Shown: piece after piece, positions 51,463 through 62,593 of the stretch
How the letters are laid out: every line of letters begins with the position of its first letter
Numbering within the stretch: the stretch's first letter is position 1
From: Selaginella moellendorffii
Taxonomy: Eukaryota; Plantae; Lycopodiophyta
Direction of reading: 5' to 3'
DNA length: 64,000 bases
Assembly (NCBI RefSeq): GCF_000143415.4
Contig: NW_003314307.1
Location: forward strand, 76,922 to 140,921
Position numbers and translations under genes: made by a program
The notes under the pieces: model-generated
The model's database searches: none
What the model was told of the DNA's origin: nothing
The model's input: only the letters and a program-made list of their open reading frames with translations

Positions 51463-54400
51463 ATGGCCTTCAGGGTTGGGGAAAAGGTTTACATTTTGAA
51501 TGGTGGGAAGAGAGTTGCAAAAGGGACCCTTGTGTCTATGGATCGGAACTTTGTTATACACTGTCAAAGGCTTGGGGAAGGCAATGCTGCTGTATCAGTA
51601 GAGATTGTCTTCGATGGGAATGTGGTCGCTATTGAATGAGGAGAGATGGTCGTCGGGGTAAATGTTGTTGTTGCCTTGAAAAATCTTCAAAAGAAAGCAG
51701 ATGTTGGGGACAGCGCAAGTGCGACGCATGTTCCCTCCATGGATCTTAAGAACCGTGCTACATGGATTCAGGCGAAGGTGTTTCTAAACAACCCCGAGGG
51801 GGAGGTGGTAGCTGAGGGCTTAGCCACAGTTGTCGATCCAAGAGATGCGGTTGCTAATCAAGAATTGGGCTGGGATGATATTAGAGTTGCGATTTTAGAG
51901 GTTGTTGACACAGAAGAAAACAGTCTGACTATTGGAAGCATTGTGCGGTGGAAATTGAGGCACTTAGTGTTTGAGAATGTGAAGGATTCACAATCAAACA
52001 CCACTACAACTGATGACAGAACATCTCTTCATGGGAAAAGAAAGTACACCTTCCTAAAGCGCAGCCAAAGGGATCTGAGCAACGAACCGAAAAAGCAGAA
52101 AATTGTCATAGCTAAGGATGATATTAAGGTGCTTGAGGAGTTTAAGGGGCTTGAGTAGAGTAATGCCATACTTATTGAGCTTCAAGAGGTTCGAATGGTC
52201 TTGACAGTTGCTTGTTGCAAGAGGAGGTGCTGTCAACATGCTGATTGGGATGCTATTGAAGAGGAGAGAGCAAGATACAAGACATTGTCCTGGAAGGCAG
52301 CTCGCAATTTTGTGTATGAGGCATTACGGTCATCTGTTGATGCTTCAGAACATCAAGTGGGGGGCATGGTCTTCCAGAGGGGTTTGGTCTGCATGAAGGC
52401 ATGGAGAATCATTTATGGAGTCCCTCGAACCACATTCTACAGAATCAAAACTGAGTTCGAGGAACAAAGGGTTCAACAGGCAGTCCATGGGAACGACGGT
52501 ACGCACAAAACCAGGGGTCATGTTGTATATGGAGAGGCAATCTTCATGAGGTTTGTCGAGACATGTAGCGAGCAGCAACCACATAAAACCCGCCTCTTGG
52601 AAGATGAAACACGAGACACCCAACGAGTTCTCCCTTTCATGTATACCAAGGGGGCCATATTGGAAGATGTGAATCGGGAACTCCAGAGTAATGGCTACAG
52701 GAAGCTGAGCCAATCTAGATTTAGTAGATTGTGGAGCAACAAGTTCAGGGATGTGAGTATAGGAAAGTACTCCAGCTTTTCAAAGTGTGACGAGTGCACT
52801 GCTATCAAAATGGCTTTGTCAAAGAATTCTTGCAGCGCTCAAGAGCGAGAGACGTTGGTTAGAAGGTGGCTCGACCACAACATCGAGCAGAGAAGCTACA
52901 GGACTGCATATTATCATAACAGGATTCTCTCCATGGAGAGACCTGACTCTTACCTCTGCATCATCCACGACAAAATGGACCAGAAAAAGACATGCTTACT
53001 TCGACTCAATCCTGCCCCCAAGGCAATCTCTTCATCCATGCAGCTGCCTGTGTCTCTGTTTGGCATAATCGCTCATGGGCATGGTGCCCAGAACTATGGG
53101 AACTTCTTTGTACCTCTATGGGGTGGCGGGTGTGCAAACATGATGATTGCGTCCCTAGCAAAACACTTAAGGTCTCTGCAAAGTGCGCAGATTGAGCTGA
53201 ACGGCCAACCCTTGCATAAAGCCCTTGTCGATCGAACCCCATACAGGGTTCAGCTGGAGGAGGAGCAAAGGCTTGCAGTATCGCGTGGGGCCCCATGCCA
53301 TCCCAGTGAATATGTTGGCCGTCAGATTGTAGGGTTATCACGTGATGCTTCATGCCATTCCGACGAGGCTGGTCGCCCGGTGAATGCACAGCCTCATCCA
53401 AACGAAGCAGAATCTCAAGGAAGTTCTTGCGGCCGATGTGGCCTTCCACCCCATCTTCTACTCCAAACAGACAATGCTGGCAGTGAGAACAAAAACATGT
53501 ACATCTTCGCGTACTTGGCGATGCTTGTTGCCAAAGGCATATTTGAAACGGTTACACTTGGCTTTCTCATGGTTGGGCACACTCATGAAGACGTCGATGC
53601 CATGTTCAGTCACCTGGCAGAGTCCCTCCGGCGATCCAATGTCCTCACCCTCCCACAACTCTATGATGAATTCCAAAATTGCATCAAAGGCACTGTTGAA
53701 GTTGCACTTGTGACAGAGGTTCCAGACTTTAAGGTTTGTAAGAGGCTACATCAGGGACGGATCCGAAACGCTGATTGGCCACTCCAAGCCTCTGCAGTTT
53801 CATTTCAGCATGTGTGACGGTGCTCCAGTGATGAGGTACAAGATGAGAGAATGGGACATAGTGTGGCTGCCAGTGGACGGCATTGAACTCTTCAAGAGAG
53901 ATCCCATAACTGGGGAACCTATGATTCCTCAGGGTTCCCCACGGCCGATACACCCGGATGGACTCAAAGACCAGGAAAGTATAGTGGCCGGGATTAGACA
54001 GCATATTGCCTTCTGGAAGAGGGGGTTGGTGTTTGGTGGAGAATCCTATTTTCAGAGGTGCAAGCCTTTGATCGAATATTGGGAGAAGATTATATCTGCT
54101 ATCCAAAATGGGCCGGTTGTATATGAAGAATTGGAAGAGTCCTTTTGGCCAGAACCCAGAGCACCAGATAGTAGCGGAACAATGTCCTCTAGAAATGCAG
54201 TGACAGATAACAATGTTGAAGATCACTATTTTGGGCCGAGGAACAAGAAGCCGGATTCAGCATTCAATCCAGTACAGGTCTGCAAAGGAATGGTCGTGCT
54301 TGTCAGACCTAGTAATAAAAAACAAATGATATGGGTGGGGCGCTGCATCACTGATGCAGAGGAGGACGCAGAAACTAACTCCTTCAATGTAACTGTGGAG

Positions 54401-54604
54401 TGGTTCAAGCCAAGTTCCGGATATACGAAGGATTGCCTAGAAAAGAGATGGGTGCTGAATCCAAGGGATCCCAGCATGAGTATATTGGTGGATAATGTTG
54501 TGCATGGTTGGATGCGGAAGCAGAGTGCCACCATCACCTTGCCAGACCATGCAAGAGATGTAGCAAGAGCATTCATAACCCGGGTTCAAGGTGAGATTCA
54601 TTAA
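51463..54604 (+). pseudogene. DDD-type transposase (DUF7869/Sola1-like), lightly disrupted
   Basis: CCKRRCC, C.KAW..IYGV, KCDECT, IIHDKMDQKK, LQTDNAGSENKN, GFLMVGHTHEDVDAMFS. TGA at ~51637, probable 60-nt intron 52129-52188, 1-bp frameshift near 53733 (DFK/FVRGYIRDGSETLIGHSKPLQF). Confidence 0.85.
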
Positions 54605-57296
54605 TATTCCTTTACTAAGTTTCTAATGTATTTTATTTCAAGGTGAACAATCCGAATCTGAATCAAAGGAGGCGTGATGGCATGTGGCCTTACGCCATTC
54701 CTAGGTGAGATGATACAAATAACAAGTATAAATTCTTAGTTGTTCTAGCAAATCTTACTTAAAGTTCAAGGTGAACAAGCCAAATATGAATTCATCGGAT
54801 TGTTATAACAAATGGCGAGGTGATGGCATGAAGCGATACGCCATTTGAGAGTGGTAGCCATTCCTATATGAAGTGAGTGAAATATTTATTAGAAATACCT
54901 CATTCAATTGTGCACTTCTAAGTCTTGGTCCACTCAGTACTGTTTGCATGTTTTTATTTTAATTCTTTCTCTAAAATGTTATTTAGCATGTGGCTTCATG
55001 CCATTGCTCTCCACAATCATGCATTGAATTTTTCTATCCTTGCATAATACTTCTCCATATATATAGCATGTGCGCACATGTGATATGGTTCATTAGGCCT
55101 GATATAGTGTGTGAGGTAAAACAAAGATGATGTGACATATGCATTTACCAATCACACGTGCATAAATCTAATAATATGGCGTGTGACCCATATTAATGGC
55201 ACATAAACCCATATTGTGGGCTTACGTGCTTTATGTACCATCATTCCCTTGCAGCGTGTGTGTTGGTTTCCTTTTATAACACAACGAACTCCATATTTTA
55301 GGGTGAAGAGCATTCTCATGGCAAGCACAAAATCTGTAAGTGAGGCAGAAAAGGAGACGGAGAAGGAGATAGGTGAAGATGTAGAATATATAAGTCTTCC
55401 AAACTCCCCGTACTATACTCCAGGTGATCATTTTTCTGAACAAACGGCAACATTAACAACTATCGAGAACGCCCCAGTAACGTCAGAGACAACAATCCAA
55501 AGCAAAACAACTGACTCGGAGAAGGATGATAGTACCGCTGAGAGTATCAAAAAGGAGGTGTCCACTAGCGCTTAGGCTTATAATGGCGTGTGCCCTCATG
55601 CCATTTACTTGATCACCAAATACCTTTTTCCCTTTGCACTAGTATATCTTAATACCGGTCTGAGAAATAGAATGGCATGTGCCCTCAGGCCTTTTACTAA
55701 ATCACCTTTGAAAGAAATGCAAGCCTCTATGTCGTAAAAAAAAGGTACTAGAGAAATTCCTTAATAATATGAATGTTATTTAGTTTCATGAAAATACACT
55801 AAGGGTCAAATGAGTTAAATGACTTCTCCAGACTAGCAATGCCTCTTGCTACACCTTCACAATTAGATTCGTTAGAAAAAGATAACATTGAATAATATCT
55901 AAATGTTCTCACCATTAAGTTATATGTCTGGCTAATAGGAATGACGTTCATCTTGGAAAGCTCACCACACACTCAATGAACAAACAAATAGTGTGTGCGC
56001 GCATGCCATCGCTCTTCTTTAGCTTTAGATTCGGCTTGTTCACCTTGACAATGAGATTTATTATACAACCAGATGGACTTAGTCTAGACATAAAGTCACC
56101 GTGCTAGTCACCATGCCCCAGATATGTCTAGCCCCTAGACAAAAAACATATAATTTCATGTCATTTTCAAATACTTGAAAATTTGTACCTAGTCCCATTT
56201 TACTGAATAAATCCCACTTTAACGAAATAGAGTATTCATTGGGACACCCGAACACTCTAGAACACTAGGAGGTGGTGTTTGATGTCGCGAGGGCAGTAGA
56301 TAAGGCCCAAGGGACTAAGTCCCTAGCGAACGATGGATAGTAGGTGCTATCCAAATGTCCAAGGTGGCGGAGACAGGAGAAGACTGTCTACTCGAATTGG
56401 ACAAAGCCAAAAATGGAATTTTGGCAAGGCTAGCGATGGGCATGCAAAGGCCCATAAGCAACAACGTAATCCCGGTGTGTGGGATTATAGGGTGAGCATA
56501 CCTGGATTGAGGAACCACTCCCTAGGCTATCGGGTAGGTTCATCCCAAAGAATACTTGCTAAGGCATGATAGAAAGTGCAAAGCTATCCTCCTGGTCGGG
56601 AGGAGAATGACCGAAGGAAAGGTGTGAAGCCAAAAGCAAGAAGGGGATAGAACCGAACCATAGAAACCGAAAGGCATAACCAAGGTTAGTTATGCTAGCT
56701 GGGAGTGGAGAATCAAGTGGGGGCTCGAGGGTGTTGCCACTAGCAACCATGATGCCATGGAGAGTCTAAAATATGGAATTGTCCATGTTAGACTATATGG
56801 TAATTGGAAAGCTTGCAAAAAGGGAGGCTTTAGTAAGCTAAGGGACAGAGTTCCTTTAAGGTTCCCAAAGAAGATTCTAGGTAGCTTAGTACCTAGAAAG
56901 GCCAAGCGTAAATGGTTCAAGGAACGCGCGAAATCAGAGTGGCGCAGCAGAAGCGTGGCCTTGAAGCTTGCCATGAGGCAAGGCTATCGAGGTTAGGGAA
57001 GTAGTTCCCGAGTGTTCAAAGAGAAGGCTTTGAACGAAAGTCGATGATCAAGGGCTTTCACGCTTGTGCAGGAACCATGTTACAGTGGTCGGAGGACTTG
57101 CCAAAGCGAGATTGGCAAGTCAGGGGAACAAATACCCTAGTTGAAGGTGATAACTTCAAAAGGGTGGGCCATGGGGCCAAGCATGGAGGAGTCCATACAT
57201 GATCACGAGCTTGTCAAGTGAGAGGACTTGGCAGTGGGGAGGAATTAGGTTCCTAAGCTGTGATTTATAGCGCGCTTTAAATATAAGTTGGTGCAC

Positions 57297-57710
57297 CGGC
57301 GTGGGGAGTCACGCCAGGCATCCGATGTGATGCCATCCGTAGATGCATATACGGAGGTTGGGTTCGAGTCCCGACCCTCTAGTGCTTGGGTTCGAGTCCC
57401 AAATCACTAGGGCGTGGTGATGGTTTGGAATATGAGGACACTCATATTTCGGTGGTCATGGACTCTCAGTGGGGAGACTAGTTTGGGCACACCGCCAAGC
57501 GAGGGATGCCTCGGAGTCGTGATGCACCGTTAGATTGCTTAGAGTGAAAGCTCAGCATATCTAACTTGAACACTTTGGTGCAAAGGGCACCAAGGACGTG
57601 GTGAATGAGATGGGGACACCCAGTCTCAGTTGCTATAGATCCTTGGCCGGAAGGGCTAGCTTGGGCGCACCGCCAAGTGTGGGGGATGCCCCCGGGGTCA
57701 TAGTCAACAA
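57297..57710 (+). other. Structured RNA domain in element C, homologous to the 3-prime UTR of A
   Basis: Same hairpin order with compensatory changes; the last module is repeated at ~57640-57710. Confidence 0.65.
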
Positions 57711-58607
57711 CTTAGAAGGGTTTGGAAGACCTAGTTCCTATTGATAATGGTGTGGCTTGGTCAAGGTGACCAAGTGGGAAGGACACCTAAGGAAATGAAC
57801 TATGACCATACAATGGTATTGTGAGTTCAAAGTAGTCTCTAGGAGAGACCCATGGGAGGGTCACAAAGTTGGGACATGGATAGAGCCCACAGCAGAAGAT
57901 GCTAAAGAGACTTACTAGGGGTGAACACCCTAGTCTTGGCAAAGCAGAGCCTTTGCTATGGAATCAAAAGAATACCTCAAGGAGGGAGGTAGAGATTCGG
58001 TGTTGTTCGGTGCAACAATTAACGGATAGGAGCAAAAGATGAGTGGCCAAGATGGGGCCGTGGAATCCCTTGGAAGAAATCCAAGTGGCAAAGTTAGGCG
58101 AGGAACACTAATGTGTTGGACGCTAACCAATTGCAGGAAAGGAAGTGTGTTTCCAAGGATGGATTCCGAATTGCTCTGATTTGGCGAAAGTGGAAGCTCC
58201 AAGGGAGGGAGCGGTAAAGTAGCCAAATGATAGAGCCATGGACAGCCCTAGCACAAAGTATGATAAATGGAACTTAGTGCCCAAGGTGGCACGAAATAGA
58301 AGAGAGGATGATAGTGCCCTCAAGTAAAGAACTTCCTAGGATGGGGAAGTGGAGTTGCACAATATGTGCAATGCAAGGTGTTGGAGACACCTAGGAAATT
58401 GACTTCCAGAAGTCAAAGAGTAAAAGTTTCAAGGTGCAAACGTTCAATAGATGGAAATTGAGACTACTCAAGAAGGAGTAGTGGGATTGACTTAGAGAAG
58501 GGTCTCTAAGAGGTTTAGCGAGAACTAAACTAATAAAAGGAGAGAACCACTACATGTGGTCCAATCAGTCTCTAAGTTGGAGAGACTACCCTCCTTAGAG
58601 GATGGGC

Positions 58608-58828
58608 AAGGCATGGTGAGCCTTTGGTGTCAAACCATTGACGAATATGCAGAAGGCATGGTGAGCCTTCAATGTCAAACCATTGACGAATATGCAGAAG
58701 GCATGGTGAGCCTTCAATGTCAAACCATTGACGAATATGCAGAAGGCATGGTGAGCCTTCAATGTCAAACCATTGACGAATATGGAGAAGGCATGGTGAG
58801 CCTTCAATGTCAAACCATTGACAAATAT
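58608..58828 (+). repeat. 45-bp tandem repeat, about 5 copies
   Basis: Unit aaggcatggtgagccttcaatgtcaaaccattgacgaatatgcag. Confidence 0.95.
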
Positions 58829-60704
58829 TGGCTAGGTGCCAAGGATGGAAATGGTAACACATGTGGGTGTTACTTTATAAAGTGGTTTACCGTTCGATGA
58901 GGACATTGAACTTCGTCTATGGGTGGTGGAGTTGTGAGACACAAAATCCCTAGGCCCCAAAGTGGAGCTGGAAGGGCGCCACGTGGTAGTGGCCGAAGTG
59001 AAAACCAAACGAGCGTAACACATTTGGACTAAAAGCTCCGACTTGAAAGGTTGAGAGCGGGAGTAGAACTCCCAACAAAGTGCTCGAGGAATGAGCACGA
59101 AGCGAGCAATAAGCGAGGCTCCAAAAAGGGACCCAAAGGGACCAACACATGACACGTGGAAGAGTCCGAGATGGAGTCCGAGGTGGAGTCCAAGATGGAG
59201 TCCGAAATGGAGTCCGAGATGGAGTCTGAGATGGACCTGGGATGGAGTCCGAGGTGGAGTCTGAGGTGGACCCGAGATGGACCCGAGATGGAGTCCGAGG
59301 TGGAGTCCGAGGTGGACCCGAGATGGACCCGAAATGGAGTCCGAGATGGAGTCCGAGATGGACCCGAGATGGAGTTCGAGATGGAGTCCGAGATGGACCC
59401 GAGATGGACCCGAGATGGGACCCGAGATGGACCCGAGATGGAGTCCGAGGTGGAGTCCGAGATGGAGTCCGAGATGGGCCCAAGATGGACCCGAGATGGA
59501 GTTCGAGATGGAGTCCGAGTTGGAGTCCAAGATGGACCCGAGATAGAGTCCAAAGTCGAGACCGGGACCAAGACCGAGACCGGGACCGAGACCGAGACCG
59601 AGATCGGGACCGAGACCGAGACCGAGGCCGAGCCCAAGTCCGAGTCCGAGTCCGAATCCGATTCCGAGTCCGAGTCCGAATCCGATTCCGAGTCCAGAGC
59701 CTGAGAGGGTGAAAGCCCAAAGCGTTCGTCTCCCAAACCCTGGGGGGTTTGGTGAGCTCCAAAAGTATAGTAGGGGGAGGACTGCAGTGGAGCCAGTTTG
59801 GCCAGGAAAGGCCAGTTTGGCCCAGGAAGGCCGGACCCAGTGTTGGGTGATGAGCTGCCCACTGGGAAGTCCAAAACTAGAGTGAACACGGACCGACAAG
59901 CGGGGTAGCTTGGTGAAGTGTTCAAGAGCCGGCTCTAGTTCCCCCGGGAGATCGACTGGCCGATGCTCCCAGTCCAAGTGTGGGTGGCACTACCTACTTG
60001 GATACCTGTCGTGGCTCAACGGAACCTCGCTCTAAGCCCATGGCTAGAGCACCCAAAGGCAGAAGGCGAGGAGAGTACCCATGAGGCCCGTGTAGGGCCA
60101 CGGTGTTCCGAAATGTTGTCCCAAAGGCCCAGACTGTGGAAAGGAGGAGGAGTAGTCCTCTAGTGTAGTGACCAAGGATACAGTCGAGTGGTGAGGAAGT
60201 CCCAGAGGACCGTGGGACTTAGTGGTAAGGCCTATGGGCCTCGATCCAGTGGCAGTGTTGGCGAACACGGCCATGGGCAAAAAGGGACTTGGTGAAGACC
60301 GGAAAAGGGATATTGGGGAAGGCTATTCCCCATGTCTGTGGGCATCCTAAGGATGCTAAGGAGTGGATTTGGAATGATCACTCATGGACGGATGGCCCAG
60401 TCCTTGAGAGATGGGACTGTGATGCAGGTGGTGTTAGTCCACCGGTGTGACCAAGGTAAAGGGGCATGGCCTTAGCGTAACGGGCTGATATGTCGGTGGT
60501 ACCTTGGGCTGTCGGTCATGGGATCGGACACATGGAGCACTTGGATCAAGTGCATAGGTTGAGTGGCGGGGATGCCATTCTTGGGGCTAGCAAGCCCAAG
60601 TCGGAAATAGGACTTATGGAGGTTGTGAGTGAGACTCCTCCATGCGGTTGGAGGTGTGGTTAAGTGACTAAAGTAGAATGGAAAAATTAGTCGCTTACAC
60701 GCTT

Positions 60705-62283
60705 TTGCAACTGAAAGGATACATCAAGACCTCCTTCTGACTTCAACGTGATACGACTCTGTCCAGCACCATAAATCCCTTTTATAAATTTATTGAAGAA
60801 GTCCATACCAAACACCATCTGAAAATCTGGTATCTTCAACACTACCAAGTCCAGTCTTTCTTTCCACTTGGATATCTTTATTGGAACATCACTCACAAAC
60901 TTTCTGGCTACTTGCCCACCTTCCGCAAACCGAAAGTGCATAGGCGACATTTACTCAGCATTCAATCCTAACAACTTAACTAAATCTCGGATATCACGCT
61001 GTGCGTAGCTCCCGTGTCAATCATCACTCAAATTCGGTGTCCACGGACAAAGCCTACCAGATACATCAACGGATCAGTGTTTGCATTGACTGTAAGAAAA
61101 GCTTGAAAAAAGCAACGAAAGTTACTCACCTCTTCTTCCTCATAGTCTGCATTGACCAACTTGTCAACCCCTTCAGCTTCACCACCACCGTCTTCCCTCA
61201 TGACATTAACCTGAGACCTTGTTCCACTAGGAGCAAGTTTTGCAAGTTGCTGCTGCTTGTACCCACTAGGAGGAGGAACAGAGGGCCTAGGACCAGAAGA
61301 AGCTGTTGGTGGTCTCCAACCACCACCATCTTTGTTAACTGTTGCTTGTGAGCCTCTAGAGCGGAACCTACCTTCCACCTTCTGTTTCCAATCACCTTGT
61401 TTATTCCCAAAATTCTTATTCTTATCCGAGGTACCAGCATACGGCTGTTGATATTGTTCAATGAGCGAGTGACTAAAGGCAACTTGCTGCGCTGCCTCCT
61501 TACACTCCAAGTACGTCTTCGGCTTAAATAGATTTAAATTAGTAGAAAATAGATTTAATTAAATAGATTTAAATCAATAAAATAACTCTAAGCATCTTTG
61601 TCACTCATATTTGCAATCATAATGCGCTTCTAAGCAAACGCATTAACATAATGCATGAGGTCCCCTCACTGCTTTAACCGTTGTAGCTCAGCACAAAGTC
61701 TTAGTCCAAGATCATCCAGCAAGTATTCCTTATGGATACGAGACCGCATCTTGGTTCAATTTCTAGTCTGCCCTTTTTCAGCACACACCTAGCACCACCA
61801 ACTTTTGGCATGATTGGTGAGAAAGGATTGCGCACACGCAACTTTTGTATGATCATCTACGTCTGCCACTATGAAATAGTTTTCCATATCGTAGACCCAG
61901 TCTTCCAAAACCTGATAGTCCCGCATGCCTCTAAAGTTGGGTGGTTTCGGGGGCTTGAATTTTGAAACTCATGCAACTGGGGGTGGCTGTAGAACTTCAT
62001 CGTCCTCAAAACTTGAGGAGGAGTCCGGTTGCTTAGGCTTAGCTGGTTTAGCTGCCTCAACTTCTTTCTTCCTCTTCTTGTTCTCCTTCTTCAATTTGCG
62101 AATCTCCTTTCGCAAATTCTCAATCTCGACTTCCTGAGCTGTATGCTATAGCGCTGCAGCATCCGGCTCTTCCTCTTCTAACTCAGCCTCTGCCTCTTCC
62201 GCAGCATCTCTAGCAGGAGTTTCCTCCTCTCGATTTGCCCGTCTAGAGGTTTCAACGTCATCAACATGGTTCCTCTTCACCAT
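60705..62283 (-). pseudogene. gag: gag and protease of element D
   Basis: MVKRNHVDD acidic/basic N-terminus like the gag of A; LKQ*GDL..YVN; LMYLVGFVRGHRI, protease active-site region, FQMVFGMDFF. Many stops. Confidence 0.85.
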
Positions 62284-62431
62284 CCTACTAGCTGCATGCA
62301 TGCCTCTATCAGTAATTGAACATGCATAAAATGTTCTTACCGAATGGTGCAATCCAACTAATCCTACACAAGTTGCTTCGGATCTACTAGAAAAGTCTCT
62401 GCGTATGCAACTTGAGTCAGAAAAGCCGACC

Positions 62432-62593
62432 TGTAGCACACCTCATTTCTCTGCCCTTAAGCCAACTGGAAAAAGGGCAATTTCTTGATGAGAGAGCCCT
62501 TAGTGGCTATTTTATCCCCATTTATCCCCCAAGATTCCAAGGATCCACGGTGACAGAATATCCAAATCTTATCCTATGATCATATGCGTTACA
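62432..62593 (-). repeat. Single 162-bp LTR of the TRIM family forming the right end of D
   Basis: Diverged reverse complement of 35095-35256. Confidence 0.9.

Larger units (their letters stand above)
39805..56012. promoter_or_regulatory. About 30 dispersed palindromes AATGGCRTG-N6-CAYGCCATT
   Basis: Clean copies at 43311-43334, 48126-48149, 49053-49076, 49291-49314 and 55582-55605, plus many variants. The repeat is directly visible; its regulatory role is inferred. Confidence 0.7.
39423..56232. mobile_element. 16.8-kb TIR DNA transposon, Sola1/DUF7869-like, with an accessory gene
   Basis: Perfect 21-bp TIRs: ctctatttcgttaaagtggga (39423-39443) and tcccactttaacgaaatagag (56212-56232). They enclose the transposase and all palindrome copies I found. 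No clean TSD seen. Superfamily assignment is from remembered motifs. Confidence 0.8.
36289..60699 (+). mobile_element. Element C: non-autonomous (LARD-like) LTR retrotransposon
   Basis: LTRs 36289-37997 and 58933-60699 (TGTGAG..CTTACA). TSD CGCTT at 36284-36288 and 60700-60704. PBS at ~38001; PPT gggtggtggagt at 58921-58932. About 4.1 kb of internal DNA with no recognisable ORF, split by a DNA transposon. Confidence 0.93.
31035..62593 (-). mobile_element. Element D: minus-strand Ty3/gypsy chromovirus hosting the TRIM and element C
   Basis: TSD TCCTA at 31030-31034 and 62594-62598. PPT aagggggggagag then TGTCACA at 31950. Probable 3-prime LTR 31035-31950. gag/PR at 60705-62283 joins pol at 36288 across TSD CGCTT (LQKR^SSKDSDAK). 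Confidence 0.85.

Noticed and set aside
53725-53745. Intron at AAG|gtttgt in the transposase
   Set aside because: The following bases read as conserved-looking protein in the shifted frame (FVRGYIRDGSETLIGHSKPLQF), so a 1-bp frameshift is simpler.
55216-55575. Third gene in the DNA transposon
   Set aside because: Short Ser/Thr/Glu-rich ORF with no motif; cannot be supported.
39805-56012. Palindromes as CRISPR repeats or MITEs
   Set aside because: Irregular spacing, only 24 bp long, no TSDs.
56233-57250. Decayed pol inside element C
   Set aside because: Purine-rich, with only faint hints and no motif I could confirm.
58608-58828. CRISPR-like array or repeat-protein ORF
   Set aside because: Units are contiguous with no unique spacers, there are no cas genes and the context is eukaryotic.
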